Below, in pieces: positions 62,850 to 64,000 of a DNA stretch of 64,000 nt. Source of the stretch: Mobula hypostoma. Its lineage: Eukaryota. A program made the translations under genes and the position numbers. The notes under the pieces were generated by a model, which searched no databases, was not told the origin of the DNA, and saw only the letters and a program-made list of their open reading frames with translations. The stretch covers positions 176,702,001 through 176,766,000 of the forward strand of contig NC_086097.1 in NCBI RefSeq assembly GCF_963921235.1, given 5' to 3'. Every line of letters begins with the position of its first letter. Within the stretch, counting starts at the first letter, position 1.

Positions 62850-63615
62850 CTTGGTGTTATTATTTCAGGGGACCTGTCACGGGCCCAGAAGGTAAATGCA
62901 ATTATGGAGAAAGCATGGCTGTGCCACTACTTCCTTAGGAGTTTGTGGAGATTTGGTACGCCATCTAAACTTTGACAAACTTCTATAGATGTGCAGTGGA
63001 GAGTATATTGATTGGGTGCATCATAGCCTGGTATGGAAACACTAATGCCCTTGAATGGAAAAATTCCTAAGATATAGTCCAGCCCATTACAGATAAATCC
63101 CTCCCAAACATTGAGCTTGAAACACGAATGTAGGAAGTAACATTCATCATCAGGAAACCCCACCACCCAGGACATGCTCTCTTCTCGCTGCTGACATCAG
63201 GAAGAAGATACAGGAGCCTCAGGACTCACACTACCAGGTTTAGGAACAATTACTACCCCTCAACCATCAGGCTCTTGAACCAAAGGGGATAACTTCACTC
63301 AAATTCACTTGCCCATCAATGAAATATTCCCACAACCAATGGACTCACCTTCAATGACTCTTCATTTCATTTTCTTGATATTTATTGCCTATTTATTTAT
63401 TATTTTTATTATTATTTCTTTCATTTTCTATTTGAAAAGTTTGTTGTCTTCTGCAGTCTGTTTGAATGCCCAAGTTGAGTGGTCTTTAACTGATTCTGTT
63501 ATGGTTATGATCCTATAGGTTTATTGAGTATGCCCACAAGAAAATACATCCCAGGGTTATATATGGTGACATATATGCACTTTGATAATAAATTTACTTT
63601 GAACTTTCAACTTTG
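62850..63615 (+). mobile_element. Rex1/Babar 3' fragment
   Basis: NFYRCAVESILIGCIIAWYGN; tail aataaatttactttgaactt. Confidence 0.8.
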
Positions 63616-63799
63616 AACATTCTCTCAGGCTTTTTTTACTTTATGACCATTGGGAGAGGGGAGGAGAGAGAATGATTGGGGTGGGAGAGGCCTTTGATTT
63701 TGTTGCCTACTTTCCTGAGGCAGCAGAAAGTGTTGACAGAGTCCACAGAGGGGAGGTTGGTGCTTGTGATGGAATGGGCTGTGTTCACAACTGATTCTG

Positions 63800-64000
63800 A
63801 TTCTAAAAAAATGCTCTTCTTTTCTGAGTCTGTGTCCTCTGATCCTGGACTCTTCTAATATTGGGAACATCCTCTCCACGACCACTCTATCTGGGCCTTT
63901 CAATATTTGGTAGGTTTCACTGAGATTCCCCCATCATTCTTCTAAACACCAGTGAGTACAGGGCTCAGAGCCGTTAACATTCTTCATGCGTTAACCCTTT
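63800..64000 (-). mobile_element. CR1 3' fragment running off the window
   Basis: KGPDRVVVERMFPILEESRIRGHRL. Confidence 0.85.

Overview
Eukaryotic, repeat-saturated non-coding DNA. The repeat repertoire (CR1, Rex1/Babar, Penelope with hammerhead motifs, sushi-like Gypsy) suggests a cartilaginous fish, probably a ray; this is an inference. I found no intact host gene. Almost all ORFs in the track are decayed retroelement ORFs or their antisense shadows. Main elements: many CR1 and Rex1/Babar LINE copies, a full-length chromodomain Gypsy element (24911-30543, two LTRs, 5-bp TSD), a long Penelope-like element, solo LTRs, and hAT and mariner relics. The most unusual signal is host-transcript capture by retroelements. 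(1) At 40266-45560 a Mag-like Gypsy element (5' LTR, tRNA-Ser PBS, open gag-protease) carries an ACIN1-like C-terminal piece in its leader. Its frame runs into an intronless SUDS3 copy (later split by a young CR1), which is fused tail-to-tail by 5-nt microhomology to an intronless RNF213 fragment. (2) At 31427-31921 a short RTE-type element carries a circularly permuted, almost exactly one-turn copy of part of the 5' coding region of CYHR1/ZFTRAF1. (3) Several short Penelope terminal-repeat insertions have 12-15 bp TSDs, hammerhead ribozyme cores and fold-back or permuted structures. Gene identities come from recalled protein sequences, not a database search. Repeat boundaries are approximate unless a TSD is quoted.
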